From Octopus bimaculoides (Eukaryota), in the NCBI RefSeq assembly GCF_001194135.2, contig NC_068990.1, positions 33,262,149 to 33,326,148 on the forward strand: a DNA stretch of 64,000 nucleotides, read 5' to 3'. The position numbers were made by a program, and so were the translations under genes. The notes below the pieces were generated by a model that was given only the letters and a program-made list of their open reading frames with translations, was not told the DNA's origin and did not search any database. Shown here piece after piece: positions 9,686 through 23,090 of this stretch (position 1 is the stretch's first letter; the number at the start of each line of letters is the position of its first letter).

Positions 9686-10398
9686 CATAGTCTGTACAAG
9701 TTAACAAACTAGAAAACACCAACAGACGATATTGACTATATTGAGACTGATAGGTTAAAAAAATATTGGTGGAAAGAATTAAATCAGCCACCAAGTTAAA
9801 CCACAATTGTCCAAATATTGTTGTGTGCAACAGTATAGGAAACATATATTCTGTTTTGGAAATCAGCTGCCTCCTGGGCATCATTGTGATTAGAAAAATA
9901 CAAGAGAAAGAGAATATCTTTGGGCCACTGACAAAGAGTTTGTAAAGCCAAGATACACTTTTAGCTTCATACCACTTATTATTAGAACAAAAGGATATTT
10001 ACCAACCCATCTAGAGCAAAATATGGCTTAAGTTGGGTTCTTGGGGAAAGAAAGCAACTCCTTAATTCATACACTACAAATGATCATGATATCTGGGACA
10101 GAAAAATTCTGCAAGACCTCAAGACTTAAAGGATGATGAAAAAAACAAGATACCTTCTTTTACAACCTTGCAACAAAGCAGGTGACTGGACAAGATTAAA
10201 TTAAAAAGAGAAAAAGAAAATATAGATTCTTACATAAGTTAGCCTCATGATGTTGCTAAAATATATTCCAATGAAAGAGTTTTGTTTTTAGGTTGAAACC
10301 AGGTCAATATACATTCGTGAGAAATTCATTGGGATCAAACCTGCCATCTCATGATTGCGAATTGATTTTCTAAACCACTCAGCTATACAAACATATAT

Positions 10399-10790
10399 AC
10401 TCTTTTACTCTTTTAGTTGTTTCAGTCATTTGACTGCGGCCATGCTGGAGCACTGCCTTTTAGTCGAGCAAGTCGACCCCAGGACGTATTCTTTGGAAGC
10501 CTAGTACTTATTCTATCGGTCTCTTTTGCCGAACCACTAAGTTACAGGGATGTAAACACACCAGCATCGGTTGTCAAGTGATGCTGGGGGAACAAACACA
10601 GACGCACAAACATATACACATGCACATACATATATACATATATATACGACAGGCTTTCAGTTTCCGTCTACCAAATCCACTCACAAGGCTTTGGTTGGCC
10701 CGAGGCTATAGTAGAAAAAACTTGCCCAAGGTGTCATGCAGTGGGACTGAACCCGGAACCATGTGGTTGGTAAGCAAGTTACTTACCATT
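10399..10790 (-). mobile_element. SINE family A, full length
   Basis: Tail TCTTTTACTCTTTT...CAGTCATTTGACTGCGGCCATGCTGGAGC, internal CA/TA tract at about 10600-10645, and head GGAACCATGTGGTTGGTAAGCAAG. Confidence 0.9.
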
Positions 10791-10974
10791 CATACAAATA
10801 TATGCATACATAAATACTAACACATACAAAGTTTAACACATTTCCTTATTATTATCTAAAATGTTATATTTACACTTTTCATATTTCTGTTCTTACCAAA
10901 GATAATAGATGCTCAGCTAGCCTTGAGAAACTGCAGATTAGCCTTGATTGGGCAATAAAGGCTAATCCACTAGA

Positions 10975-11240
10975 TAATATCATTAAGTATTATTAGAGAA
11001 GGAAGTGCTTTCAAACAGAAATTTCAGTCGTAAACAGATGATAGATAAGTTATCTTTAAAAGAAATGGTGACACTATACAAATATAAAGATCTGGAAATA
11101 GAGATAACTGGAATGTTGGGACAGAAAACAGAAATGATCCCTATAATATCCAATCTCATTAAGACAGTTGTGATAATAATTTTATTTGACATTTCACACA
11201 CAAAAAGAAATATGGTGTTAAGGCGTCACAATCACTGGTG
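10975..11240 (+). mobile_element. Dong/R4-clade LINE, restriction-like endonuclease (RLE) C-terminal remnant
   Basis: ORF 11005-11283 contains LSLKEMVTLYKYKDLEIEITGMLGQKTEMIPII, homologous to ORF 62278-62637 (LKEMEKLSKYKDLKIEVTRMWNLKTETIPII). Confidence 0.75.
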
Positions 11241-11299
11241 CTTTTATCAAGACACCATCTTACTGCTCCAATATTGGGTTTGAAAAACTATGCAGTGTG

Positions 11300-12084
11300 T
11301 GGTGAAGAAAGAATATTATCTTCAGTGAGAAATATCAAAGAAGTCATTTCAAACAGTGAGAGAATCCAAGAACAGAAAGAAGAATGACAGGACAGATAGC
11401 TGGAAAGAAAAGAAATTATAACAATTATAACCAATTCATGCCACAAACTTAAGGACATTAGAAGTTAAGAATTGGTTGTGGTTGATAGATAGAAACCTGA
11501 AATGAGAAACTGATAATAGCTACTTAGAAATAAGATAGAACAAATTTGATAAAGACAATGATTAATAAAATGCAGTCAGAGAGCAAACACAGAATCTGTA
11601 GAAAAGGAGATAAAAACATTTAACTGTCTCTTAAGTGAATGCTGTAAGCTAGCACAAAAATGAGTATGAATGCAGGTATGTCTGTGTCATTAAAAGATTG
11701 CATTCGGATGTTAGTCATGTTTATAAATTCAAATTGATGGCAAAGCAGTATGGACATGAACCATAGGCTATGAGGGTGAATGATAATTACAGGAAATTTT
11801 CCCATAAAAACTAATCACGCCAATGAAGCAAGGAGACCACATATGATTGTAGAGACCAGAAAGAAAGAAAAAATGTTAAATCATAGACAATGCAATACTG
11901 TATGATAGTACAGTAAATATTGAAGAAATTGAGAAATTTGAGAAATATGAAGATCTTGAAATAAAAAAAATGAAAAACAGAACACACAGGCAAAAATTGT
12001 TCATATGGTAATTAGTATGCTCAGCACAACACACTCAAACTGCTAATTAAGTTAGCAGGTTATAGCTTTTATATGATGATGATA

Positions 12085-12142
<58 letters not shown>

Positions 12143-12152
12143 TAATAATGAT
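11300..12152 (+). mobile_element. Dong/R4-clade LINE 3' remnant (zinc knuckle, RLE) with (TAA)n tail
   Basis: Frameshifted remnants include SESKHRICRK, LLSECCKLAQK, EARRPHMI, IIDNAI and EIEKFEKYEDLEIK. (ATA/TAA)n tract at about 12085-12152. Confidence 0.7.
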
Positions 12153-12963
12153 AAAAATTTATAATATACTTGGTGAATGCAAATGAAACAGTATTAAGTT
12201 AAAATTAGCATCTGTGTATCATATTAAATGTCTACACACCACTGAAAGGTATGATGCCATGAGTTTTGTCTGAAACATAAATCTCTTGAAAGATATGTTG
12301 TGTTAAGAACACAATACATATTGGAGCAAGCTGAATATTGTCATATCATGTTTGACCCTATTTGGGGCTTCTCAGTACTGCCCACTCATATGTCCCTTGC
12401 TATGACAGAATTTGTGCTTTGATATATAAGAAACAATGAATAATGTACTGACTGATACTGCAAAAAGCTTGCTGGGTTGTGAAAAATTTATTGAGTACAC
12501 CCTAGCTAATTTTTTTACAATGAATGTGCTATTCACTTTCTCCTATATACCAAGACACAAATTTCATTTCAGCAAATGATGAATGAGGGCGCAGTGTTGA
12601 TAAGCTCCATGCAAGGTGAAGTGCATCTATCATTCTGCTTAATCATTGCTAGGATGATATTCACTTTGCTCTTATATATATTGTACTTTTAACACAATAT
12701 GTCTATGAAATTCTTTTTTCTCACACAAAGATACTGTGTATATACATTTAGCATGATACACAAATGACAATTTTGATTTACAATATGTTTCACATTAAAT
12801 TTCCCATACAGACAAAGGTTAAACTAAGTCACATGTACCCCATACCCTTTCCATTCATATAAGTATTCAACATTAAACCACACAGATGTGCTTTACTCTA
12901 ACTCAGTTTCCATATAACAGGTGTCATTAAATTCTAATGAAATTGTTATTTTTCTAATTACAG

Positions 12964-13007
12964 AAACATTTTCATCTTATTACCCTCCACCTTCACCACA
13001 GTTCTGA
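12964..13007 (+). CDS. Weak candidate terminal exon
   Basis: Acceptor TTGTTATTTTTCTAATTACAG|. Phase 1 gives (E)TFSSYYPPPSPQF*, followed by AT-rich sequence with AATAAA at 13111. No homology recognised. Confidence 0.2.
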
Positions 13008-14082
13008 ACTTTATTCCTTTACAAAGAATAATAACAACAACAACAAAAAAATGCAAAAAAAAACAAAAACAAAAACTAAAAAAATCCAAAGTAAAACAAG
13101 AATTCTTGGAAATAAATCTGGTTGCCACTAATAACTAAAGATATTATTAGTTATTAAGTTTTCAATATTTCTTAAAAAGCAATGCTATCAAAAATATATT
13201 GGAAATAAATGAATAAAAGAAAAATATATGAGAAATGCATAAATGATAATTTATCTAATTATAAGTTAATTAGATTTTTATCTTGAGTATGTATGCTTGG
13301 TGAGATTTACTAGCTGCTGCCGTTGTTGTTGGAGCTGTTCATTTTGATAGTTACTAAGCTAAAGTTAGTAACGTGCTGGCAATTTCAATAAAATTTATAG
13401 CACATAAGTTTCACATAGAAGTTAAAGTGTTTTTAATATTCGCACCAAACATTGAAGAAGAATTTGCTTCAAGCCCAACAAAAAGACACATTTTCAATGA
13501 TGATAATATCGAGTGTAAGACACTTTAATACAAATTAAATACATGTAGCTGTACACACACACACACACAACTTGAGGCCTCTTTTTCAGTGTGCCTGTAT
13601 GTATGTATGCATGCATGTACATATGTAAGTATATATGCATATGTATTGAATGTATGCACATATATGTATATGTCTCTTTCTCTGTCTCTCTCTCTATCTC
13701 TCTCTATATAGGACACATTATTTGCATCAATAAATGTGTATATAGAACTACTATGAAGGAGTAGAAGAAAAAGCAGTGAGAAGAAATTTAGTAAATAGAA
13801 TTCATACATGAAAATATATTAAATCATTCTCTATATAGGAGAACTTTTCAGTTAAAATCCTACATTCATATAACGAATGCATTCAATTGCCCAGTGTATA
13901 GCACCACCCATAGTTGCTAATCTAAATCTATTATCAACACAGGATTTCAATAAGGATTCTATGAAATTCTTCAGAATCTTCGCATAGAAATAGACTTGAG
14001 GTAAAGCATAACTGATGAGATGTCAAGAAAGGTCAAGAATATATTTTGGTTGCCATGCACTTGCACACATACTGCATATGTG

Positions 14083-14120
<38 letters not shown>

Positions 14121-14272
14121 TTTCTCTCTCTCTCTCTACATATATATAGAGATAGATAGAGAGATAGGTAGATAGATGGATGCATACATAGATATACACA
14201 CACACACATATATATATAAACAAATAAATGTATATATATATATGAATACATAAATACGTTATATATATATAT

Positions 14273-14308
<36 letters not shown>

Positions 14309-14774
14309 GTATGTATATGCCTATATATACATATATATACCAGTACACACACACACATACACATATGCATACATGCATATGCACACAAAGAAATGTATGT
14401 ATGTATACATACACACTTTTAGAAAATGATGTCTATAACAGTAATTATGAATAGAATTAGCTGTAATATTTTGTTTCAGGGAAACACCTCAAAGGGTCTT
14501 GCATGATAGAAAAGTAGGGTTTTCTTAGAGTGTTGTCAGCAGGTCATGCATACATACACACACATGTGTGTATATATATATATATATATAACAGNNNNNN
14601 NNNNNNNNNNNNNNNNNNNNNNNNNNNNNNNNNNNNNNNNNNNNNNNNNNNNNNNNNNNNNNNNNNNNNNNNNNNNNNNNNNNNNNNNNNNNNNNNNNNN
14701 NNNNNNNNNNNNNNNNNNNNNNNNNNNNNNNNNNNNNNNNNNNNNNNNNNNNNNNNNNNNNNNNNNNNNNNNNN

Positions 14775-14805
<31 letters not shown>

Positions 14806-15117
14806 CTATGAATATATAACAGCCGGCTCATGAAATTAATTTTATAAGAATATAAATAAAACATAAAAAAACAGACAGAGTTGGAACACTTTTGAATAAT
14901 ATATTCCTCTATACACGAACATACAAAACCCTTTTTTGTATATTTTTTATTTTTATTTTCATTTTTATTCACACACACACACACACATACATATATATAT
15001 ACACATACATACACACACACATTTATGCATGCACGTATACATATATATATGTGTGTATATATATATATCATCATCCTTCATCCTTTAATGCATACATATA
15101 TATATATACATATATAT

Positions 15118-15163
<46 letters not shown>

Positions 15164-15166
15164 AGG

Positions 15167-15486
15167 AGCACTCTGTTAGTTACAGCAACGAGAGTCCCAG
15201 CTGGTGCGATCAATGGAACAGCCTGCTCATGAAATTAACGTGCAAGTGACTGAGCAATCTACAGACACGTGTACCCCTAACGTAGTTCTCAGGAAGACTC
15301 ACGTCACACATGGCATGATAAGGCTGGCCCTTTGAAATACAGGTACTACTCATTATTGCCAGCTGAGTGGACTGGAGCAACGTGAAATAAAGTGTCTTGC
15401 TCAAGGACACAATGCATCACTGGGAATCGAACTCACAACCTTACTATCATGAGCTGAATGCCCTAACCACTAAGCCATGCACCTTC
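15167..15486 (-). mobile_element. SINE family B2 (B2/B3 head, B tail)
   Basis: Reverse-complement head GGTGCATGGCTTAGTGGTTAGGG...GAGTTCGATTCC...TTGAGCAAGACAC. Tail shared with family B. Confidence 0.85.
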
Positions 15487-15488
15487 AC

Positions 15489-15546
<58 letters not shown>

Positions 15547-15994
15547 NNNNNNNNNNNNNNNNNNNNNNNNNNNNNNNNNNNNNNNNNNNNNNNNNNNNNN
15601 NNNNNNNNNNNNNNNNNNNNNNNNNNNNNNNNNNNNNNNNNNNNNNNNNNNNNNNNNNNNNNNNNNNNNNNNNNNNNNNNNNNNNNNNNNNNNNNNNNNN
15701 NNNNNNNNNNNNNNNNNNNNNNNNNNNNNNNNNNNNNNNNNNNNNNNNNNNNNNNNNNNNNNNNNNNNNNNNNNNNNNNNNNNNNNNNNNNNNNNNNNNN
15801 NNNNNNNNNNNNNNNNNNNNNNNNNNNNNNNNNNNNNNNNNNNNNNNNNNNNNNNNNNNNNNNNNNNNNNNNNNNNNNNNNNNNNNNNNNNNNNNNNNNN
15901 NNNNNNNNNNNNNNNNNNNNNNNNNNNNNNNNNNNNNNNNNNNNNNNNNNNNNNNNNNNNNNNNNNNNNNNNNNNNNNNNNNNNNNNNNNNNNN

Positions 15995-16226
15995 CGGGTG
16001 GCACATAAAAGACACCATTTCGAGCGTGGCCGTTTTCGTGCGGGTGACACGTAAAAGCACCCACTACACTCTCTGAGTGGTTGGCGTTAGGAAGGGCATC
16101 CAGCTGTAGAAACTCTGCCAAATCAGACTGGAGCCTGGTGTTGCCATCCGGTTTCACCAGTCCTCAGTCAAATCGTCCAACCCATGCTAGCATGGAAAGC
16201 GGACGTTAAACGATGATGATGATGAT
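15995..16226 (+). mobile_element. RTE-derived 3' element, young copy, (GAT)n tail
   Basis: GAGTGGTTGGCGTTAGGAAGGGCATCCAGCTGTAGAAAC...CAACCCATGCTAGCATGGAAAGCGGACGTTAAACGATGATGAT with CpGs intact. Confidence 0.85.
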
Positions 16227-17147
16227 ATATATATATATATATACAGGGGGGGTGGCATTAGAGGAGTTGATTCAGTATGTCTGTATACATGCATATGCAT
16301 ATATACATACATACATACACATACATACATACACATACATTCATACACAGATTTGATGGAATAGACAAGAACAATAAAACTCAAATACATGAGTATGTAC
16401 ATATTTTTAATCAACAGAAAACTTACTGAAGTGACATAAGAACTAGAACAATCTGTGTGTGTTATCAAACTAGCTTAGATATCATAAGTTCACACATTGT
16501 AAAACTATGAATTATAGTTTTTCTGGATAGACTGACAAACACACACACACACACACTTGCAAAAAGTTATCTAATAATTCATAAATCAGAAAATATATGC
16601 AATATATGAAAATGCATAAGAAAATATATGTCAATCAAAATATACTGTATTATAAATCCAAGCCATGCCAGAATGAAAAATGGATGTTAAACAATAATGA
16701 TGATGATATCAGTTGATCTCACCAACAGGTGTTACACTGGGTATTAGATAAGGAAATATTCCATAATACTGCACACATTTTCTCCATACCTCCCATCTCT
16801 GAAGAGCACATGGTGTTATTGAACCATGCTGTCATCTAACATCCCATGTGAAACTGAATGTTAACTTTGGCTGAAATGGATCTGTAAAATTGTATACTTT
16901 GATTAATACACACACACAGGACACACATACACATAAAAACTCTCTAATTCTGACCATCCAAATATCCTACAATAAAGATCTCCCATAAAATGTGCTAAAA
17001 AGAAATTGTTCCCTGTTGGCTCATACTTCTCAGAGTTTTTGACCATTATTATGAGAAATACTGATTTATTCACATTAAATCTGATATCTGCAGAGGAGTA
17101 CCTACTAATTTGTAATTAAGTGGACCAAAGTATATAAAATTACACAG

Positions 17148-17234
17148 CCCAACCAGGGTCAAAGCCAGGTTATAAAGTTATGTGAACACATGAAGAAGAG
17201 GTTGAAAGACATGTTGGAAATAATTTCAAATTCA
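17148..17234 (+). CDS. Candidate internal exon, phase 0-0 (alternative acceptor would start at 17121)
   Basis: 87 nt, open only in phase 0: PNQGQSQVIKLCEHMKKRLKDMLEIISNS. Strong donor TCA|GTAAGT followed by an abrupt AT-rich shift. Acceptor is weak. Confidence 0.35.
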
Positions 17235-18569
17235 GTAAGTATTTAATATTTTGTATTTAAAATCAAAACGCAATCAATAAGTTTTATTGTAATCTCATAA
17301 ATCTATGTTTATTTAAAAACAATAAATATGTAAGTATATTGTTGGTGGCCAGTTGCTTGACACTTGAAAATGCCATTCTGTAAGTGTTCATTATTTCTAT
17401 GATCATGTCTTTAGATAAAAGAAATTCAGGTATAATTTCTGATTGAGTATGAGCGATGACTGTTTATATGTCTGTTAAAATTTCTAATCTATTCATAGCA
17501 AGTACAAGTGAGATTTTAAATGGTTCCAACTCTAATACAATGCTAACCGCCTGGACACCATCTCTGCCACCTCAGTTGGAGATTAATAACAAGTCATTGG
17601 AGAACTTTGTCTCTAGCACAGTTGATGTGTTGTGCTTGTTGAATGAAAAGTAGGCATTCAGTCTCCAATATATTTTGTAATTCTTTATCTAGATTTTTTC
17701 CCCTTCTTTCATCTTCTTTCTGTCCTATCCAGATAATTTCTTCTTAGCATTTTTCTCCATGGCATTCTATCTCAGAAAAAAAATCTATGATAGCTTTACA
17801 AAGCAATGTTAACAATAGACATGACATAATCTTACAATAAAATGAAATAAAAACTCAAACGTGCTTTAGGGGTATGTAATGGATAGTAACCTACAGGTGT
17901 TTTATGAGGTGGCCATATTTTACTGCAAGCCTAGGAACCAGTTATATGTTTGTTTATGCCACAACAAACAGCAGTAGCAGTGGATAAGAATATATCATAA
18001 TGATTTGATTTGGGGCAACAATGATGAGTTCATCTTTAAATTTCAGTGAACAATAAAGGAGTTGTGTAGATGCATTCTCATTTCACTTATATTAAATATT
18101 TCATAGGCTATAATATGCATAGGTTGACATGTGATATGAAGAAGATGAAACTCTACAAGGTTGGCTAACATCAGAGAGAAGATTATAACATCATGGCTTG
18201 TCCTTAATTACCCAGATGCCAAAGACCACCACCACATAAGAGAGAACTGAACAAGGAGGTCAACACAGACAGCCTGACTGACTAAAGCAATGAAAATTGA
18301 AGTTTTTTCCAGAAAGCTCCTTCAAGAATATAAGGCAAAAACTGCAACTAAAGAAAAAAACAAAAAACGAAGGAACTAATGAATTAAAAAATTGTTAAAA
18401 GGTGCCACCTTTGAAGAATCTGTTGGGTTAGGTTGGGCAGTTGCTCCTAAGTACACCACTGATCCTACCCCTGAAATACTATGAAATATTTGCAATATAT
18501 AAACGTCTGATTAGATGAAGAGATGGAATAATACATTAGTTCTTGGATATTTGATTATATGCTAACACT

Positions 18570-18725
18570 CCTTTGTTTGAAACAACAATCAATTCCTCAA
18601 ACTTAAAAACACACCAGATAATGTAGACCTAGGTAAACAATGCCTGAAAAATAGGATGGTTATGACTGGAATGTTTTTAATCACAGGTCAGGTCGATCAG
18701 GATTGACCTAGGGTTAAACAACAGC
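18570..18725 (+). mobile_element. Repeat family D
   Basis: TCCTCAAAC...GATAATGTAGACCTAG...GGAATGTTTTTAATCACAGGTC...GATCAGGATTGACCTAGGGTTAAACAAC. Confidence 0.5.
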
Positions 18726-19784
18726 TTACACAGGAATTACTGAGCAATTTCTGGCATCGCTGTGTTCAAAGTGAATCTCATCAATTAAGAGATTTAGAAT
18801 GTAGTTTCTTTTGTTTCTGGTAAATACAAAATAGATATAAAGTACAAGTGGGACCGCAATGACAGTACTACAGATTACAATAGTATAGTGTTACCTCTAC
18901 TAAAATGCTAGAAACTACAGAATGTGACCTCTACTATGGTGATACTGTCTACAATAGTACAGGCTTCCTTCTACTATCTACAATTGTACAAGTTTTCCAA
19001 TATGATGTGACCTTCATCATAATAGTTCAGTCTACAACAGTACTATATCCATGATTCCTCATTCAGAAACTACATATGTGAGTGGTGGTGGTAGTAATTT
19101 ACATATTAATTAGCAATGTCAGTCTGCTGAGATATTATTGCTAAGCTTTAAATGAACAAAGTTTGATTGTTAATTAGATACTAACTTTTTCTTCATTAGA
19201 CTAATTTAAAGAATAATAATTTCTTTAATTAAAAAATTCATTTATTTAGGTATTGTCATTTATATGATTAGTATTAATGCAATTATATAAATTTTGATGC
19301 CACTGTGCATGATTGTGTGCAAACTGTTGTATTGTGTTCTACTTCTTAAGAAACAGAAATATAATTTGGGTCGCTATTGTACATTGTTCTAACTGGCTGA
19401 CACTGTATTAATAGTATTAAACTTCTGAAAAAACAAAAAAAGATCCTGAAATGAAGGTAACCCGAGTATGAAGTAGATTTATAGTAAACTTCTTCCAAAT
19501 AGTTGTTTTTCTAATTTCACTTTTCTTACTCATATCTGATATTTTTTACTGGAGTCTGCAGCTGGAAAGGGGTCAGTTTCAATGGGCTGACTTTCCTGTG
19601 GCATCATCATCATCATCATCATCACAGCTGCTACTGTCACCACCATCACCATCACCAACACCAACCACCACCACACTCCTCCTCCACTTCCTCCCCTCCT
19701 GCTGGTCCTCCTCCTGCTCCTGCTCCTCCTGTTGCTCATGCTTCTCTTCATAACAACAATAATGATGATGATGATGATGATGAT

Positions 19785-19885
19785 GATAATCCTTTCTACT
19801 AAAGGCACAAGGCCTGAAATTTGTGGGGAGGGGACTAGTCGATTACACTGACACCAGTGTTTCACTGGTGCTTAATTTACTGACC
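19785..19885 (-). mobile_element. SINE family C, 3' fragment
   Basis: AATCCTTTCTACTAAAGGCACAAGGCC...TAGTCGATTACAC...TTAATTTACTGACCC is the reverse complement of the C tail. Confidence 0.7.
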
Positions 19886-20070
19886 CACAATATTCTCAAC
19901 TCACAAAACATAATCTACTTCCTCATGCGTTTTGAAATATATATGTTGTTCCACCATGAAAATAGTATTTAAGGAGGTTCTGTTAGAACTTTCCGTTTCG
20001 TGAGATAACTGTATTAAGGAAGCAAATGAGAGTAAGAGGAGAAAATATGCTGAGTTAGTGAAATTATGGT

Positions 20071-20445
20071 GGAGGTGCATGGCTCAGTGGTTAGGGTGTT
20101 GGGCTCACAATCATGAGGTAGTGAGTTCAATTTTCTGACCGGACTCTGTGTCGTGTTTTTGGGCTCCAGTCCATTCAACAGTAGAAATGAGATACATCAT
20201 TGGTACCAAGCTTTATTGGCCTTTACCTTTCCCTTGAATAATATTGGTGGCATGGAGAGGAGAGGCTTGGATGACTGCTGGTCTTCCATAAACAACCTTG
20301 CTTGGACTTGTCCATTGGAGGGGAACTTTCTAGGTGCAATCCCATGGTCATTCATGACTGAAGGGATTCTTTTAATGTATACCAGTACATTATACCAGCA
20401 TATTAATTGTAATATGCATTCATGACTGAATCGAGGTCTTTACCT
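20071..20445 (+). mobile_element. SINE family B3 (B2/B3 head, distinct tail)
   Basis: GGAGGTGCATGGCTCAGTGGTTAGG...GAGTTCAATT...CTGCTGGTCTTCCATAAACAACCTTGC...TTTCTAGGTGCAATCCCATGGTCATTCATGACTGAAGGG. Confidence 0.85.
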
Positions 20446-20454
20446 AGTGAAGTT

Positions 20455-20950
20455 ATGCCAAATCGATGATTGGCAATTGAGATGTGATCTAATTGAGGTG
20501 AGATATAAAGGGTTTGCAGACCAGTCCCTTTACAGAGATTACAACACATACCAGTAAGCAGAAGGATATCAGACTGGCTGTGAAGACAGCAGAGATTTTC
20601 TCCAGGTGTTTTTGGATCAGAAGGTGTTAGCCTTGTAAGCGACAGTGTTACCAGAGTTAATGCTAACTGATCATTAGGTGGGCTTACTAAATTCCAGCGG
20701 GATTGCTTGGGTTAAGGTGTCTGATAATGAAAGGCCTGAAACATCTAATTACTCAAGTAAATATCACTGATGATGTGTTCAGATGCAGCATATGTTGATG
20801 TATTGATGTATGGAAAGACAAAGGTGCTGTAAATATCAGACACTTAAAATATCCACTACAGCAGCTGTGTCCCTGGCTGGGGTGGTTGTGGGTGGAAAAT
20901 TATCTGCTTCTGTATAACTAGGTAAATAGCAGGTAGATAACACAAACATC
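20455..20950 (-). mobile_element. Decayed CR1/Jockey-group LINE RT C-terminal remnant
   Basis: Minus strand gives LQTLYI then, after a frameshift, SIRSHLNCQSSIW, resembling the LLTLYKxxIRPHLEYCSxIW motif. Confidence 0.45.
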
Positions 20951-21320
20951 GAACTAAATATTTTTCTAGTTAGGCTCAGAAGAAGCTTTCTTTATTCAGT
21001 GGGAACCCAAACATTTGAGAGGGTAAATAAAATTAAAACTTGTTCAATCATTTTGGTTTGTTTTAAATACACACAAAACTTCCAAGATAATAAACACCAG
21101 TGTATGTGTGTGTGTGTTCATACATGATAATGGGTTTATCTCTAAAATCAGCCTCTTTTTACAGAAAATTACAAACAATATCTTTTTTTTATCTAACATT
21201 CAGCTGCAACCATTTCTACATCAAAAGGAACTGGAAGGTTAGAAAAATAACAATATAAAGTCAGTAAGTACATTGTACTCAAAACACACACACAAGCACA
21301 TTATATGTATACATACATAC

Positions 21321-21351
<31 letters not shown>

Positions 21352-21402
21352 TGTATGTATGTATGTATGTATGTATGTATGTATGTATGTATGTATGTAT
21401 GT
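21321..21402. repeat. (GTAT)n tetranucleotide microsatellite
   Basis: Uninterrupted GTAT run of about 20 units. Confidence 0.97.
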
Positions 21403-21414
21403 ATATCTATACAG

Positions 21415-22437
21415 ACAGAAGTGCCTGTCATTGAAAGTGGATGGTACGTGTGGAAGCGGGAGACCCAGGAAGACATGGCATGAAGTGGTGAGGACCAATC
21501 TTAGGATGTTGGGGCTGATGGAGAAAACGACAGTAGACTGAGATGTTTGGCAATATGAGGTCCTAGGGAAGACCTGTCCACGAAACTGAATGCTAGAAGA
21601 GTTGTGTCCCACCCACATGTAACAACACACTTTTTACCCTAAGAATTCAAACTACAACTCCTCTTCTAATTGCATCTTTCTCTTCCTCACATTTTCTCCT
21701 CATACATTATGATTGTTTTCCAATCTCCTTTCTTGCCTTCACTGCTCTGCTCACTGTATCACTGCTCTCCCCCATACCTACTCTCCATTTTTCTAACCAG
21801 GTTCTACACTCATATTCTTGTTACTTGTGAGCATGCTCTAGCACTACACCAACTCTCTTCTGCTCTCTCTTACACTTTTACTGCTTCTTATTCCCTCTCT
21901 TTCTTTCCCTTTGGTCACTCTCTCTCTCCTTCTCTTGTTTTTCCTCGGACTAGGTAACCAAGTATCACCTTTACATCAGCACACTTGTTTCTTACCTCTT
22001 TCTGTACCTCTCTCTCACACTCTATCTCCCCTCTCTCTCTCTCTCTCTCTTACTCGCTCACTGAGTAACCACATACCTCTTCTATAGCAAGATACTTATT
22101 TCTGCCTCTGTTTGTTTCATGAGTTACTTGGTTACCCTGCCAGTGCTGGTACCACATTAGAAGCATCCAGTCCACACTGTAACATAGTTGGTATCTGGAA
22201 GGGCATCCAGCTGTAAAAATCTTACCAAAACTAACTTTGCCTGTGCCAGTGTCATGTAAAAAGCACTGAGTTCACTCTGTGGAGTGGTTGGTGTTAGGAA
22301 GGGCATTCAGCCGTAAAATCCCTGCCAAAACAGACACAGTAGCTTTTGGTAGATTTTCTACCTGGCTGACTATTGTCAACTATCCTATCCATGCCAGCTT
22401 GGAAGATGGACATTAAACGATGATGATGATGATGATA
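21415..22437 (+). mobile_element. RTE-clade LINE 3' end with long pyrimidine-rich 3'UTR
   Basis: KCLSLKVDGTCGSGRPRKTWHEVVRTNLRMLGL. Two copies of the GGAAGGGCAT(C/T)CAGC module. Ends GGACATTAAACGATGATGAT. Confidence 0.8.
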
Positions 22438-22574
22438 TATATATATGCACATTATATATACACACACATTTACATATATATACAGAGAGAGAGAGAGAAA
22501 GAGAGAGATGTACTAGTATGTATATATATATATATATATATGTATACTCATAGACACTCACACACATAAGCAAA

Positions 22575-22740
22575 GGCATGGTTGTTTGACTTAGAAATTA
22601 GCTTCCCATCTATGTGAGTTCAGATTCAGTCCCCTCTGTGCTGTACCTTGGGTCTTCTACTATGGCCCTTGCACCAGTCACAGCCTTGTGAATGGGTTTG
22701 GTACACAGAAACTGAAAGAATAGCATTCTATACATACTTG
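22575..22740 (+). mobile_element. SINE family A, decayed 5' half
   Basis: GATTCAGTCCC...GTACCTTGGG.TCTTCTACTATGGCC...GCCTTGTGAATGGGTTTGGTA...GAAACTGAAAGAA. Confidence 0.7.
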
Positions 22741-23045
22741 TGTGTTTGTGTTTACATGCAAGTGTGTGCTTACATCTGCAATTGGTTATATAAAAGTGTC
22801 ATGGGTGTTGTGGGTGTTGTTGTTGTTGTCAGTTTTTGCCTATCAATAAATCATCGAGGTAATTTGTGCCTTGAAGCCCATGTGAAATAAATGATTCCTT
22901 TACAAGAAAGACACACAAGGGTGTTTGGTCGTTAAACAATGCCTCAAATAGCATATTCATCAAAGACATGCAAGCATGGAAAAATGGATGTAAAAAGACC
23001 ACACACACACACACACAAACATGTACAAACACATACATATGTACA

Positions 23046-23090
<45 letters not shown>

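Noticed and set aside
13308-13342. Minus-strand MNSSNNNGSS* mini-ORF resembling a GPCR N-terminus
   Set aside because: It stops after 10 codons and the potential donor (GTAAAT) is weak.
16799-16862. CTGAAGA...GAAAC...GTT hammerhead-like spacing
   Set aside because: Helix II is out of register by two bases and no helix I pairing exists.
17456-17790. 65-aa + ORF and a protein-like minus frame (EEIIWIGQKEDERRGKNLDKELQNILETECLL…)
   Set aside because: Both are bounded by in-frame stops without matching splice sites. Possibly an ancient TE, but I could not assign it.
19530-19865. 111-aa minus-strand ORF, and a hydrophobic + frame at 19472-19600 (…YWSLQLERGQFQWADFPV)
   Set aside because: Mostly SINE C tail plus triplet repeats. 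The T-rich frame lacks a usable acceptor/donor pair.
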